Positions 48,075 through 60,391 are shown, counted from the first letter of the stretch. The stretch: 64,000 nucleotides of DNA from a candidate division WS6 bacterium GW2011_GWF2_39_15 (GCA_000993565.1 LBWK01000002.1:4121-68120); one strand, 5' to 3'. A program made the numbers and translations. The notes: generated by a model from the letters alone, not told the origin.

Positions 48075-49976
48075 ATGGGAAAAATATTAGGAATTGACCT
48101 GGGTACAACTAACTCAGTAGTAGCAGTAATGTCAGGTGGAAAACCGACGGTACTTGCTAATGCACAAGGGGGGAGATTAACTCCGTCAGTAGTCGCAGAG
48201 GATGATAAAGGTGAAATTCTTGTCGGGACACCGGCAAAAAATCAGTCGGTAATCAACCCAACCGGTACTATATATTCAGTAAAGAGATTGATAGGTCGAA
48301 AATGGAGTGATCCGGAGATTAAGAAAGATAAAGATGTTCTTCCTTTCGAAATGAAGGAGTCTAGCAGCGGTGGTGTTGAAGTTAAGATGGGAGGCAAGTG
48401 GTACTCTCCTCAGGAGATATCTGCGAAGATTCTTGCAAAGATGAAGAAAGATGCAGAAGCATACTTGGGGGAAGAAGTTAAAGAAGCTGTTATCACGGTT
48501 CCTGCGTATTTTGATGATTCTCAGAGACAGGCAACTAAAGATGCGGGAAAGATTGCAGGTTTTGATGTAAAGAGAATTGTAAATGAACCTACTGCCGCAG
48601 CACTTGCATACGGTTTGGATAATAAAAAAGATGAAACTGTTGCTGTATTTGATCTTGGAGGAGGTACATTTGATATCTCGATACTTGAAATAGGAGACGG
48701 GGTCTTTGAAGTTCTCTCCACAAATGGTGATACTCATCTTGGGGGTGATGATTTCGATGAGAAGATTATCCAGTATCTTGTCGATGATTTTAAGAATACA
48801 GATGGAATTGATCTTAAGGCGGATAGAACAGCTCTTCAGAGATTAAAAGAAGCTGGGGAGAAAGCAAAAATTGAGCTTTCTTCTTCCGAAAGTACTGAAA
48901 TTAACATCCCTTATATTACAGCGGATTCAAAAGGTCCAAGACATTTAAGAAAGACATTCACAAGAGCAGACTTGGAGAAATTAGTCTCTGATCTTATAGA
49001 AAAGACAGAGGGTCCGTGTAAGAAGGCTGTAAGCGATGCAAAACTCAAGTTTGAAGATATTAATGAAGTTCTTCTGGTAGGAGGTATGACCAGAATGCCT
49101 GCGGTTATCAAGAAGGTTAAAGAGATTTTTGGTAAGGAGCCTAATAAAGGGGTTAACCCGGATGAAGTAGTCGCTGTTGGTGCAGCAATTCAGGCGGGTG
49201 TGCTCGGAGGAGATGTTAAAGATATAACTCTTCTTGATGTAACTCCTTTATCACTTGGTCTTGAAACTCTCGGAGGAGTTATGACTAAGCTTATTGATCG
49301 CAACACAACAATTCCTGTTGAAAAGAAGCAGGTGTTTTCAACCGCGTCTGATAATCAGCCGGGAGTCGAGATTCATATCCTTCAGGGTGAGAGAGAGATG
49401 GCGGGAGACAACAAAACACTTGGAAGATTTACTCTTGAGGGTATTCCACCAGCACCACGAGGAGTTCCTCAGATTGAAGTTACTTTCTCAATTGATGCTA
49501 ACGGTATTTTAAATGTAAAGGCTGTAGATAAGGCGACTAATAAAGAGCAAAAGATTACTATTACCGCATCAACAGGCCTTTCAGATGCTGAAGTGGAGAG
49601 AATGGTTAAAGAAGCGGAAGAGCATGCCAAAGAAGATAAGGATAAGAAGGAAAGGGCAGAGACTAAGAATGAAGCTGATACGCTATGCTTTAGTGCTGAG
49701 AAGCTTCTGAAGGATAGTGCAGATAAGGTTGAAGCTTCTATGAAGGAAGAGATTGAGAAAATGATTAGTGAGCTTAAAGAAATGATCTCTAAGGATGACT
49801 TTGATAAAGAAAAGGTAAAAGAAGCCACTACCAAGCTCTCTGAAAAACTTCAGGAAATTGGGAAGAAGATGTATGAGGAGGCTGCAAAGGCTCAAAAGCC
49901 GGAAGAAGAGAAGAAGGATGACAAAAAAGAGGAGAAAAAGGAAGAGGAAGTTAAGGAAGGAGACGTAGTAGAGTAA
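48075..49976 (+). CDS. dnaK: Chaperone DnaK
   Basis: [40 protein letters not shown]. Confidence 0.98.
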   Translation: MGKILGIDLGTTNSVVAVMSGGKPTVLANAQGGRLTPSVVAEDDKGEILVGTPAKNQSVINPTGTIYSVKRLIGRKWSDPEIKKDKDVLPFEMKESSSGGVEVKMGGKWYSPQEISAKILAKMKKDAEAYLGEEVKEAVITVPAYFDDSQRQATKDAGKIAGFDVKRIVNEPTAAALAYGLDNKKDETVAVFDLGGGTFDISILEIGDGVFEVLSTNGDTHLGGDDFDEKIIQYLVDDFKNTDGIDLKADRTALQRLKEAGEKAKIELSSSESTEINIPYITADSKGPRHLRKTFTRADLEKLVSDLIEKTEGPCKKAVSDAKLKFEDINEVLLVGGMTRMPAVIKKVKEIFGKEPNKGVNPDEVVAVGAAIQAGVLGGDVKDITLLDVTPLSLGLETLGGVMTKLIDRNTTIPVEKKQVFSTASDNQPGVEIHILQGEREMAGDNKTLGRFTLEGIPPAPRGVPQIEVTFSIDANGILNVKAVDKATNKEQKITITASTGLSDAEVERMVKEAEEHAKEDKDKKERAETKNEADTLCFSAEKLLKDSADKVEASMKEEIEKMISELKEMISKDDFDKEKVKEATTKLSEKLQEIGKKMYEEAAKAQKPEEEKKDDKKEEKKEEEVKEGDVVE

Positions 49977-49992
49977 CCCTTAAGGAAACGGC

Positions 49993-50025
49993 GCAATTCA
50001 GGGGGGCAACTCCCTGAATTGTTTT
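49993..50025 (+). terminator. Intrinsic terminator after dnaK
   Basis: Hairpin GCAATTCAGGGG / TCCCTGAATTGT followed by TTT. Confidence 0.75.
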
Positions 50026-50091
50026 GTACAACCAAAATATTTATGATACTATCAATCGTAATAGTGATTATATGTAACTGCCCCTTGTAGT

Positions 50092-52371
50092 ATGCAAAAT
50101 CGAAACTTTAATAATACGATTGAAACTATCCAGCGGATATTGTTCCTATTGGCTCTTGTTGTTGTCCCTCTAAGTATTATTCCTTTTCCATGGGATTTAA
50201 CAGAGTATTCTATGTCTCTAGTTCTTTCTCTATTCGCTATCCCTATTCTCGCTCTGGAATTTGTTAAGGTAATATTAAGCGGCTCAATAAGCTATCCAAA
50301 GGGGAAAATAGATACTGCAATCATGTTTCTAATGATTGCATTCTCCGTCTCTACAGTATTTTCTAAATCTCCGGTAACCAGCTTTATGGGGTTTGATTCA
50401 AGGCTGGGAGATGGCTTGATAGGACTTCTAACTCTTTTTGTTTTCACATATTCGGCTAGAAACTTTATTCGAGGAATAGAGGGAATCATATATGCTTTAA
50501 TGTTTCTGCTCATAGGGATAACACTAGGCTCTATTATTAGTATATTTTCGTTCTGGGGTATGAACCCGCTAAGTTTTATCCCTGCCTTTAAAGAGCTGTT
50601 TACAACGGGTCTGCCTCTTTATAGCTCGGCTCGAATCTCTCTGATTATATTTAGTACCGGTATACTATTTTCAACGGGTCTTCTGATCTATGCCTTTAGG
50701 AAATACAATCTGGCATTGGTTATTACTACAATTGTGACCTTTCTTGTAAATCTTACAGCCCTGCTGCTCTATTCAATTGTTCAGGGATATGAACAGGTAA
50801 TATTGCTGATCGCAGTAATGGGAGCGTTATTAGTAATGCCTTTTTTCAGAAGAAAGCCGTTAAATAAGGTCTTCGTTATAACGATGATTGTAACACTGGT
50901 AACTTTGATTGTAGGTTTTCTTGTCCTGCGTATCCCTCAATTCAAGGATTTAGCGATTAGAGACTCATCAAACCTAATTACACAGGTTACAATCGCTCCG
51001 GAAGTCAGCTGGAAAATAGGAACAAATGCAGTGAGCGAATCTTTCTGGAACGGAATTGTAGGTTATGGTCAAGACACTTTTTCAATTGCATACAACCTCT
51101 ACAGGCCCTTAACAGATGAGATATTGGTTCTTAATAATACTAATTTCACATTCCCGAGTAATCAGGTTCTAAATGTCTTCATATCTTTGGGTATAGTTGG
51201 TTTGCTTGCGTTTGCATACCTTGCAGTGAAGATGTTTCTGCACCTTATTCAGGATTGGAAAGAGAGAGAATATCTAGAAGCTGAGGATTTCTTTGCACTA
51301 ATGCTTGACCTCCTTTCTCTGTATATAATTATCTCCTCTATTTTCATCTACTACTCATTCTTTGTATATCTGCTTCTTTTCTTCTGTATAACACTATCCG
51401 TAATACTTAGGCATATAAAAAAGGAAGAGAAAGGAGAAATGTTTGTGTTCAGCCTGGGTATGTTTGTACATAGGCCTAAAGAAGGACTAAATAATACTGC
51501 ATTGGTCGCCGTAATTATAGTTGCTCTTCCCATTCTTTGGTTGTATACACAGAGTTTTAAGTACTTATCTGCAGGTTTTAAGGTTCTTGAAGCTGAGAGG
51601 ATAACGTCTGAAGGAAGGGTGTTAAATGATAAGGATAAGCTGAGTGAAGAAGATAAAGAGAGTTTGATCGTGAAAGCTTCTAACCTTTATGGAGAAGCAA
51701 TAAATCAGGCTCCCAAAAATGAAGTATTTCATCGTAGAGCAAGTCTAATTATCACCCAGTATGTTGAACTCCTTGCGCAAAAATACAATAAGACGGATAT
51801 CGAATCCGAGAAAAAAATGATATTCGAAGATATTACGACATATGTTGAAATTGCCGTTGAAGAATCCAAGCTGTCCACTGATATTGCACCACGGGTATAT
51901 TCTAACTGGGGGACAAGAGCTAATGTATATTCAAAGCTTGTCGGGTTGGGACTCAAGTCTTACAGTAAAACAGCCCTTTCTACAATGCAGCAGGCGGCCT
52001 CATTGAATCCTCTTAACTACGAACTGTATTATAATGCTGCTCAACTATATGTGATAAATAACGATAATGATTCTGCCTTGAGGACGTTAAATCAGGTCTT
52101 TACCATTAATCCCGAACATATACCATCAAATGTTTTGGCAGGAGAGCTTTCTTTGAATGATAAAGATTATAAGCAGGCTGATAGATACTTTAATAAGGCT
52201 AAAGAGATCATGGATAAGTATGGAGAGAACGATTCAGAACTATATAAGTATGTTGTGAAGAAACTTACAGAGATAACACCACAGTTACCTAAGGAGACAG
52301 AACAGAGTGATAAGAGTGCAGAGAACGGTGATAAGATTGAAGATCAAACGCAGAAGAGTTCTCAGGACTAA
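50092..52371 (+). CDS. O-antigen-ligase-like multi-TM protein with C-terminal TPR repeats
   Basis: About 13 TMs, G.G.DTF...Y...RP loop, G..GL motif, C-terminal TPR-like helices (A..LNP.N, INP.H). Confidence 0.75.
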   Translation: MQNRNFNNTIETIQRILFLLALVVVPLSIIPFPWDLTEYSMSLVLSLFAIPILALEFVKVILSGSISYPKGKIDTAIMFLMIAFSVSTVFSKSPVTSFMGFDSRLGDGLIGLLTLFVFTYSARNFIRGIEGIIYALMFLLIGITLGSIISIFSFWGMNPLSFIPAFKELFTTGLPLYSSARISLIIFSTGILFSTGLLIYAFRKYNLALVITTIVTFLVNLTALLLYSIVQGYEQVILLIAVMGALLVMPFFRRKPLNKVFVITMIVTLVTLIVGFLVLRIPQFKDLAIRDSSNLITQVTIAPEVSWKIGTNAVSESFWNGIVGYGQDTFSIAYNLYRPLTDEILVLNNTNFTFPSNQVLNVFISLGIVGLLAFAYLAVKMFLHLIQDWKEREYLEAEDFFALMLDLLSLYIIISSIFIYYSFFVYLLLFFCITLSVILRHIKKEEKGEMFVFSLGMFVHRPKEGLNNTALVAVIIVALPILWLYTQSFKYLSAGFKVLEAERITSEGRVLNDKDKLSEEDKESLIVKASNLYGEAINQAPKNEVFHRRASLIITQYVELLAQKYNKTDIESEKKMIFEDITTYVEIAVEESKLSTDIAPRVYSNWGTRANVYSKLVGLGLKSYSKTALSTMQQAASLNPLNYELYYNAAQLYVINNDNDSALRTLNQVFTINPEHIPSNVLAGELSLNDKDYKQADRYFNKAKEIMDKYGENDSELYKYVVKKLTEITPQLPKETEQSDKSAENGDKIEDQTQKSSQD

Positions 52372-52991
52372 CTCTTCCAGATAATTAGATTAGTTATCAA
52401 TATTCCGATATGTTTGTGTATTGTATATTTTGCTTCTTTGAAAAGTCCTAACCATTTCTTTGTAGGGTAGTAGTTAATCTCTTCGTACGGATTCTCTCTT
52501 CTTTTATCCAGCTCCAATCTCAGGTTTAGCATTTTATGTAGCCACTTCTGAATCGGAATAGGCAGATGCTGGAAGAAAGGAAATGCATAGTGCGGTTCAA
52601 TTAGAGTATTATAATCCGGGACAAGAATTAGAAATTTCTTCCCGACCCGCTCTATCTCATTGCATGTTTTTTGAAGAGCTTCGAATGGCTTTACATGCTC
52701 TAAAACCCCGATACAAACAACTGCATCAAACTCCTTATCCTTGAATGGTAACTCTCCCTTTCCGGTAATCTGAACATATTTAAAATCTTTTCTATGAATT
52801 TTGCCTTCTTTGAAAAGATCTACACCGGTAATAGGGTTAGTATTATTGAAGGTTTCAAATGTTAATCCTTCTCCGCACCCGACATTAAGAACGGTATCTG
52901 TCGGTTTTAGTCTCAACAGACTTACAATTTTGTCATACCTTCTCTGCTTCTGTTTAACCGGGTTGTAGAAGTTTCTTGGATGCAGATTCAT
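52368..52991 (-). CDS. Class I SAM-dependent methyltransferase
   Basis: VLNVGCGEG, GVD, LPFKDKEFD, VLEHV, IEPHY.FPF. Confidence 0.85.
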   Translation of the reverse strand: MNLHPRNFYNPVKQKQRRYDKIVSLLRLKPTDTVLNVGCGEGLTFETFNNTNPITGVDLFKEGKIHRKDFKYVQITGKGELPFKDKEFDAVVCIGVLEHVKPFEALQKTCNEIERVGKKFLILVPDYNTLIEPHYAFPFFQHLPIPIQKWLHKMLNLRLELDKRRENPYEEINYYPTKKWLGLFKEAKYTIHKHIGILITNLIIWKS

Positions 52992-52993
52992 AA

Positions 52994-53581
52994 CTATATT
53001 TTGGGTTTAGTTATATCTTTGTTGAAATTCTGGTAGTACATACTTTGTGTTACACTGCTATCTTTGTAATATTTGCTTCCCAGGGATTTATGTCCGTAAG
53101 GTCTGGAAACTTTTTGATCAACCTCTTCAAAAGCCATTTGTGCAATCTTCATACCTACATAAAGTTTTATAGGAAGAGGGGATAGATTAACCATTTCCAG
53201 AGTCATTCTTAAACAATTCCCAGGATCAAGAAAACCGGCAGTAGCGTGGATTATCAGACCGAGTCTTGCGAGAGAACTTTTCCCTTCCAGAACTCCAACA
53301 TGTTTATCGTCCACTCCAATTATCTCCTTTACATGAGCGAGCAGAAATCCTCCCGGCTCAAGAGTTATATCGCCGTTTTGTTCAAGAATTATCTTCTTCA
53401 TGAGGTCGTCTACAGGCTCTTTTACGTCTATTATAGAGTGTTTTTCAGTGTTAAAAACCATGAACTCATTACCAAGGTGAAGATCGTACGAAGAGGGTTG
53501 TAAAAAATCCTCGTTGAAAGGTTCAATGACAATTTCTTTTGTCTTCAGCTTGTTTTTGATTGATTTATCTGACAAAATCAT
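52994..53581 (-). CDS. dcd: dCTP deaminase
   Basis: MILSD, QPSSYDL.L, EGKSSLARLG, AGFLDPG, TLEM.N; start at ATG 53581. Confidence 0.93.
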   Translation of the reverse strand: MILSDKSIKNKLKTKEIVIEPFNEDFLQPSSYDLHLGNEFMVFNTEKHSIIDVKEPVDDLMKKIILEQNGDITLEPGGFLLAHVKEIIGVDDKHVGVLEGKSSLARLGLIIHATAGFLDPGNCLRMTLEMVNLSPLPIKLYVGMKIAQMAFEEVDQKVSRPYGHKSLGSKYYKDSSVTQSMYYQNFNKDITKPKI

Positions 53582-53643
53582 GAGTATACTGTGTGTTAGG
53601 TTAGGATTGAAAAGTATAACATAATTTAAATTGGAGGAAATAA

Positions 53644-54057
53644 ATGAAGGTAAGGGGGAAGAACTACAATGTAATAATATGGGATTGGCTTTGGACATTA
53701 TATTCGAGAAAAGAGAGGTCTCTTTATGACTGGGTAAAAGAATATTTTGAGATGCACGGAAAGGAGACGACTAATTTTCTGGTAAGCTTTGCCAATGAAC
53801 CTGAAAAAAGGAAAAAATTGATTGAGAAGCATGAAATGGTTAAGTATTTTAAAGATATGATTATAGAGAGAGGGAATAAGAAAGATATGATAGGAAGGTT
53901 GATTGGGAAATATAATTTAGAAAAGAGCTCTATCTTGATTGTAGGAGATAATGTTGCCCATGAGGGAGTTGCAGCAGGGGAGCTAGGGATTGATTTTATG
54001 CATATTCGTGACTGGAAGAAGTTTCTTTCTGATGACCTTGGGTTTAGGTCTAAATAG
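53644..54057 (+). CDS. Capless HAD-like hydrolase
   Basis: IIWDWLWTL (degenerate motif I), LVS, K, IVGDN...E...A..LGI. Confidence 0.65.
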   Translation: MKVRGKNYNVIIWDWLWTLYSRKERSLYDWVKEYFEMHGKETTNFLVSFANEPEKRKKLIEKHEMVKYFKDMIIERGNKKDMIGRLIGKYNLEKSSILIVGDNVAHEGVAAGELGIDFMHIRDWKKFLSDDLGFRSK

Positions 54058-54741
54058 TGCAATGGCATGAATCTGAATATCCTCCCGTACAGCCTTTATT
54101 TCCTTAGTACATTCTTCTAAAGTCGCACCGGTTGTTACAATATCATCAACTAGGATTATGTGCTTAACCTCTTCGCTGATATATTTGCTGTTAAACCTGA
54201 ATGCCCCGAGAGTGTTTCTTACCCTATTCTTATGTTTAACTTCAGATTGCGGTCTATTATTTCTAATTTTCTTTAAACATCGGTTATTTATATCTATACC
54301 GGTCTCCTTTGAAATGGCTTCGGCGATTATTCGTGACTGGTTAAACCCTCTATTTAAATACCTTAGCCAGTATAGAGGTACTGGTACAAGAAGACACTCT
54401 TTTGCATTCCGTGTAAAGTGCTGTGTATTTCTTATATAAGTGAGAATATGAGGCAGTGCGATAATAAGGATCTCGTTCAGTAGTACTGTTGAATGTTTGA
54501 ACTTTATATACTTCACATATCTCTTGATTACTCGATTATATTCAAAACACACCATTAACGAGGTCAAATACTCTCTCTTGTTTATACATTTAACATGTGT
54601 TATATATCCTCCGGAGACTGTTCGGCATGAATAACACATCGGGAGCTGCGGGATGAAGTGCCTGCCACACTGATCGCATATCCACCTGCCATGCTTTAGG
54701 CATCCCAGACAGAACTTGAAGTTGAAAATATCCGCTTCCAT
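53983..54741 (-). CDS. comF: Competence protein ComF (phosphoribosyltransferase fold)
   Basis: N-terminal Cys pairs, VPVPL...RGFNQS, ILVDDIVTTGAT. Confidence 0.9.
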   Translation of the reverse strand: MEADIFNFKFCLGCLKHGRWICDQCGRHFIPQLPMCYSCRTVSGGYITHVKCINKREYLTSLMVCFEYNRVIKRYVKYIKFKHSTVLLNEILIIALPHILTYIRNTQHFTRNAKECLLVPVPLYWLRYLNRGFNQSRIIAEAISKETGIDINNRCLKKIRNNRPQSEVKHKNRVRNTLGAFRFNSKYISEEVKHIILVDDIVTTGATLEECTKEIKAVREDIQIHAIALFRPKPKVIRKKLLPVTNMHKINP

Positions 54742-54821
54742 ATTCCTATTGTCTCAGGTAGGAATTAAATGTATATTAAATAGCCTTATACCTTACTTTG
54801 TCTTATAATACCTTTTGATAA

Positions 54822-56663
54822 ATGCGCATAAATAGAGGAATCTTAAAAACTTTATACAACGTAGTTAACTCGGTTGGTGCTATTACAATTCTCCTTTTAA
54901 TCATCAAGGTATTAGGGTTTGTTAAAGTTCGTATTATTGCGGAGCTTTTCGGTGTCTCCAGAGAACTTGATATCTTTTGGGCAGCTTTTACAATACCGGA
55001 TACAATATTTAATGTCCTTGTGGCTGGAGCCATTAATGCCGCTATTATCCCTGTTTTTACTAACCTCCTGCACACAGATGAGAGCAAGCTTAAGGATGTA
55101 TTCAAGAGACTTACACTTGTTTACACGTTGTTCTTTATTGTTATTTCCGTATCCCTTTTTGCTTTTTCCAATCAGGTAGGTGAGTTGCTTATAAGTTCGG
55201 ACAGCCTTCATAAGTTTTTAGGAACAAGTGACGGAATTAGCCTAGAGAATGTCAGGTTATTCTCTAACTTAATGAGAATAATGTTAATATCCCCAATTCT
55301 TCTGGGAGCTAGCAGTCTTATAAGTGCCTATCTTCAGGCACACAGGAGATTCTTTACTGCAACCCTAGCTCCACTTCTTTATAACCTGGGAATGATCATA
55401 GGCTCGCTTATCTTAGTAAAGTTTTCGAAATTGGGTATTTACGGAATTGCGTGGTCTGTTGTTATAGCGTCGGCATTCCACCTGGTTATTCAGATTCCTG
55501 AGTTTGCCCGTATATACAAGTCTGTTCCGGAGAAATGGACTGCTAAATTTGCCAAATTTGTCTCACACCTCTTTTCTAAAGAGATCCTCGTCGTATTTAA
55601 ACTGGCTCTGCCAAGAATCATCGGATTGCTTGGAGAGCAGGTCAATGTAATTGTTAATACTATTATCAGCTTTACTCTTTCCGCAGGTGCCCTTAGTGCG
55701 TATAAGTTTGCGCTGAGCCTGCATCTTTTCCCGGTTCAAATCTTTACAGGTGCAATATCACAGGTTGTACTTCCTAAGCTTTCTGAGGAACATGCAAAGG
55801 GTCAAAAGAAAGCCTTTATGAGAACTTTCAACGGGGCTTTAAAACAAACCCTCTTTGTAATTCTTCCCATCTCAGCGATGATTCTTGTTTTGAGGTTGCC
55901 CTTAGTTAGACTCGCTTACGGAGTCGGAGCTTTCGACTGGTGGGCAACAATTATTACCTCCTGGTGTCTGGCTCTTCTTGCTATTTCGATTGTTGCTCAG
56001 TCCGTTGTTGCAATTATTCTCAGGGCTTTCTATGCTATCCACGAAACGAGATTACCGTTAATTGCCACCTTTGTTTCCATAGTTGTTAATATCCTTTGCG
56101 GATACTACCTTACCAACTTCTTCAGCCACTACTGGGACTGGAGGCCGATACTCGCACAGATTGTTTCTCAGTTAACCTATATTGACGGAAAAACGCTGAT
56201 GCAGGTTTTATGGTCCTTTCTTCAGGATACATTCAGGTGGATGCAGACAAGGAATCTTTCAGATGCTTCTGTAGGAGGACTGGGTCTTGCATTGAGCTTG
56301 TCCTTTGCGGCGGAGATGTTTGTTGCGGGATGGCTTCTTCAGAAGAAGATTAAAGTGTTCAGCTGGAAATATACTTACAGACCGGTATTTAAGATGCTTC
56401 TTAATACAGTATTAATGACTGTAACAATGTATTATGTTTTCAAGCTTACAGACTTCAGTTTGGATACGACAAGAACTTTGTCAATTATAGGCGTTACCCT
56501 TATAACTTCTGTTTACGGAGGACTTGTGTATGTTGTCGGGGCAAAGGTTCTTAAAATCTCTGAACTTGATATAATTACACAGAAGTTTATTACAATTGCT
56601 GCCCCAATGATAAGCACAATCAAATCAGTTTTTAGGATGGGCAGAGATGAATCAAAAAAATAG
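54822..56663 (+). CDS. murJ: Lipid II flipase MurJ/MviN
   Basis: KVLGFVK...A..FG....D.F.AAF.IPD...GA..AA.IPVF, APLLYN, RAFYA...TR.P. Confidence 0.9.
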   Translation: MRINRGILKTLYNVVNSVGAITILLLIIKVLGFVKVRIIAELFGVSRELDIFWAAFTIPDTIFNVLVAGAINAAIIPVFTNLLHTDESKLKDVFKRLTLVYTLFFIVISVSLFAFSNQVGELLISSDSLHKFLGTSDGISLENVRLFSNLMRIMLISPILLGASSLISAYLQAHRRFFTATLAPLLYNLGMIIGSLILVKFSKLGIYGIAWSVVIASAFHLVIQIPEFARIYKSVPEKWTAKFAKFVSHLFSKEILVVFKLALPRIIGLLGEQVNVIVNTIISFTLSAGALSAYKFALSLHLFPVQIFTGAISQVVLPKLSEEHAKGQKKAFMRTFNGALKQTLFVILPISAMILVLRLPLVRLAYGVGAFDWWATIITSWCLALLAISIVAQSVVAIILRAFYAIHETRLPLIATFVSIVVNILCGYYLTNFFSHYWDWRPILAQIVSQLTYIDGKTLMQVLWSFLQDTFRWMQTRNLSDASVGGLGLALSLSFAAEMFVAGWLLQKKIKVFSWKYTYRPVFKMLLNTVLMTVTMYYVFKLTDFSLDTTRTLSIIGVTLITSVYGGLVYVVGAKVLKISELDIITQKFITIAAPMISTIKSVFRMGRDESKK

Positions 56664-57303
56664 AACACGTAAAAAGAGTAAAAGGCTGGGGCTCAGCTTT
56701 TTTGTGATAGCCCTTCCAATATCGTTCGTCATTTCAATACTGATTCTTTCCCTGGTACTCTTTTTTGTATTCAAAGGCAGTTATAACTCATGGGAGAGTA
56801 AATTTGAAAACGAGCATCTCTCCACTGACTTTATTAAGGTAAATAAAGATGATTTAAAAGATGTTGAGACTGCAATAGAAAAGTTTAAGAAAAGCACAAA
56901 GAAAACCGACTTTATTGAAATTAAAGCCTCTTCCTTTATTAATCTTATGGGCGTAAATATTAATGAAAATATCCCTTCGAGAATTAAAATAAAAAAGGCC
57001 TATGTAGAAACAAGGGATGGGTTCTGGAATATATACTTTAAGGCTGATATCAAAGGGGTGACCTCTCTCTGGTTCTACTTTGATTTAAATAAAGATAGTG
57101 TAGAAAGTACAGACTTGTATATAACGGATTTTAAGATAGGGGATTTTTCCGTGAAAGACTGGGGAGGAGACGGCCTTATCAACGATATAAACAGCGGTAT
57201 TAAGGATGCTATGGTTCTTTTAACACAAAAGGACTTTACAGGAAGAACTCTTAAAAACATAGAGCTTGATAAAGAGAATATCGTGATAAAAGGGGAAAAG
57301 TAG
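56647..57303 (+). CDS. Hypothetical single-TM exported protein
   Basis: Basic N-terminus, TM, soluble domain; overlaps murJ end. Confidence 0.6.
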   Translation: MNQKNRTRKKSKRLGLSFFVIALPISFVISILILSLVLFFVFKGSYNSWESKFENEHLSTDFIKVNKDDLKDVETAIEKFKKSTKKTDFIEIKASSFINLMGVNINENIPSRIKIKKAYVETRDGFWNIYFKADIKGVTSLWFYFDLNKDSVESTDLYITDFKIGDFSVKDWGGDGLINDINSGIKDAMVLLTQKDFTGRTLKNIELDKENIVIKGEK

Positions 57304-57306
57304 GTA

Positions 57307-57362
57307 TTGACAAGCAACTTCACGTCTAATAGAATCTAGCAGTCTATCTTTTTAATTGCTAA
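57307..57362 (+). promoter_or_regulatory. Sigma70 promoter plus CIRCE operator of groESL
   Basis: TTGACA(57307)-17-TAGAAT(57330); CTAGCAGTC-N9-AATTGCTAA at 57336-57362. Confidence 0.85.
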
Positions 57363-57387
57363 TAAATAAATTGTAAAACATATTAGA

Positions 57388-57681
57388 ATGGCAAATAAAG
57401 CAGTATTACAGCCCATTGGAAAACGCGTTGTTGTAACCGCAGATGTAGTTGAGGAGAAAACATCGGGAGGCTTGATCGTTCCGCCTAGTGCGAACGAAGA
57501 TAAGAAGCCTGCATCCGGAACTGTTGCGGCTTTGGGAATGGTAAATGATAAAGAGTTTAAATTCACGGTTAAAGTAGGAGACAAAGTATATTTCAAAAAA
57601 TACTCTCCGGAGGAAATAGAAATTGACGGTACAAAGTACCTTGTTCTTGAAGAAGAAGATATTCTTGCAATAGTTAAATAG
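57388..57681 (+). CDS. groES: Co-chaperonin GroES
   Basis: LQPIGKRVVV, KTSGGLIVP, VKVGDKV.F.KY, EEDILAIV. Confidence 0.96.
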   Translation: MANKAVLQPIGKRVVVTADVVEEKTSGGLIVPPSANEDKKPASGTVAALGMVNDKEFKFTVKVGDKVYFKKYSPEEIEIDGTKYLVLEEEDILAIVK

Positions 57682-57696
57682 CCAAAATATATATAA

Positions 57697-59337
<1,641 letters not shown>

Positions 59338-59342
59338 TACTG

Positions 59343-59852
59343 ATGTCAGATTTGGTACTACAACAAGTTGCAGGTCTTAACGATGAAGATGGCAATCTTT
59401 CTACACGTATATATTCAGATGGGGTAACTGCCCATATGTTCATCCTGTCGAGAGTCCCGGTGCCTACAATGAATGGACTTAAGTGTTGTCTTTGGTTGTT
59501 GGTTGACCCTCTCACTGGTGGAGAGTATGAACAGTTACTGAGTGAATACTCTAGCTCCTTTAGGGAAGGGCTAGAGGTAAGGGGAAATCGTGTGTGACAA
59601 ACTAATCCACTCTTTGTAAATGGTGATAGAGAACAAGTCTCTTTTGGCTTTGAACCTGCAGAGAGTTTTTGGTTTAAAATTGAGGCAAATCTCACATGGT
59701 ATTTTGAGCATTGGGAAGAGTTGATGGGACATTTTACAGAAGGAGAAAGAAAAACTATCATAAGGGAGGAAACAGTTATACCTGCCATGCTCAGGCTCGT
59801 CGGTAAAGTAGGAATAGGGAAGGTTAAAAGTTTTCTCAGGAGTAAGCGGTAA
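59343..59852 (+). pseudogene. Hypothetical protein gene interrupted by an in-frame TGA
   Basis: ORF 59343-59597 ends in TGA but the same frame stays open (QTNPLFVNGDREQ...FLRSKR) to TAA at 59850-59852. Confidence 0.55.
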
Positions 59853-59863
59853 AGGATTTTTAG

Positions 59864-60391
59864 CTAAATAAACTTTATCTCTTGTGCAACCACTTGTCCC
59901 ACGGAGTCTATTGATGCATTTGAGAAAATAAATCCATTCCCTTCCTTAACTAAGTATATTCCTGATTCTGAAAGTTTATTCTGTGCCACATATACAATTC
60001 CTCCGTCCCTTAATTCTAATGTATTATTCTTTATAATTTTGCTTTCCACGGCAAATACATATGTCCCCAACTCATATATCCATTTGGGTGCTGTATAGAA
60101 GAAGGTTGCTTGTGTACTTTCAAAGGAGAGTGATTTAGGTATTGAAGTGAAAAGTGGAACTTCATAGTATTTATACTCGCTTGCATTGTTATCATTTTGT
60201 AACAGCTGTGATGAGGTTGTACTCAATGCCTCTGAAATCTCATTGATACGGGAAAATGGAGAACTCTTTCCTCTCTCGTATCTTGAGACCATCTCCCAAG
60301 TTACACCTATTTTGTCTGCAAGCTCCTGCTGAGTCATCTCTTTTCTTTGCCTGTAATCCCGTATTTTCTGTCCGACTTCCTTGTATTTCAT
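59864..60391 (-). CDS. XRE-family HTH regulator with degenerate LexA/S24-like C-terminal domain
   Basis: IRDYRQRKEMTQQELADKIGVTWEMVSRYERG HTH; VPLF...FAV...G.VV C-terminal pattern; likely ATG at 60391. Confidence 0.8.
   Translation of the reverse strand: MKYKEVGQKIRDYRQRKEMTQQELADKIGVTWEMVSRYERGKSSPFSRINEISEALSTTSSQLLQNDNNASEYKYYEVPLFTSIPKSLSFESTQATFFYTAPKWIYELGTYVFAVESKIIKNNTLELRDGGIVYVAQNKLSESGIYLVKEGNGFIFSNASIDSVGQVVAQEIKFI

Noticed and set aside
49896-49975. Purine-rich GAA/AAG repeats at the dnaK 3' end
   Set aside because: They simply encode the E/K-rich disordered DnaK tail.
43580-53698. N-terminal extensions of EamA (43580), GT2 (45593) and Dcd (53698) in the ORF track
   Set aside because: They overlap neighbouring genes; family-typical starts are at 43637, 45482 and 53581.
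59595-59597. Genome-wide UGA recoding (code 25 or 4)
   Set aside because: TGA terminates valS, dnaG and the GT2 gene at expected positions, and long genes have no internal TGA.
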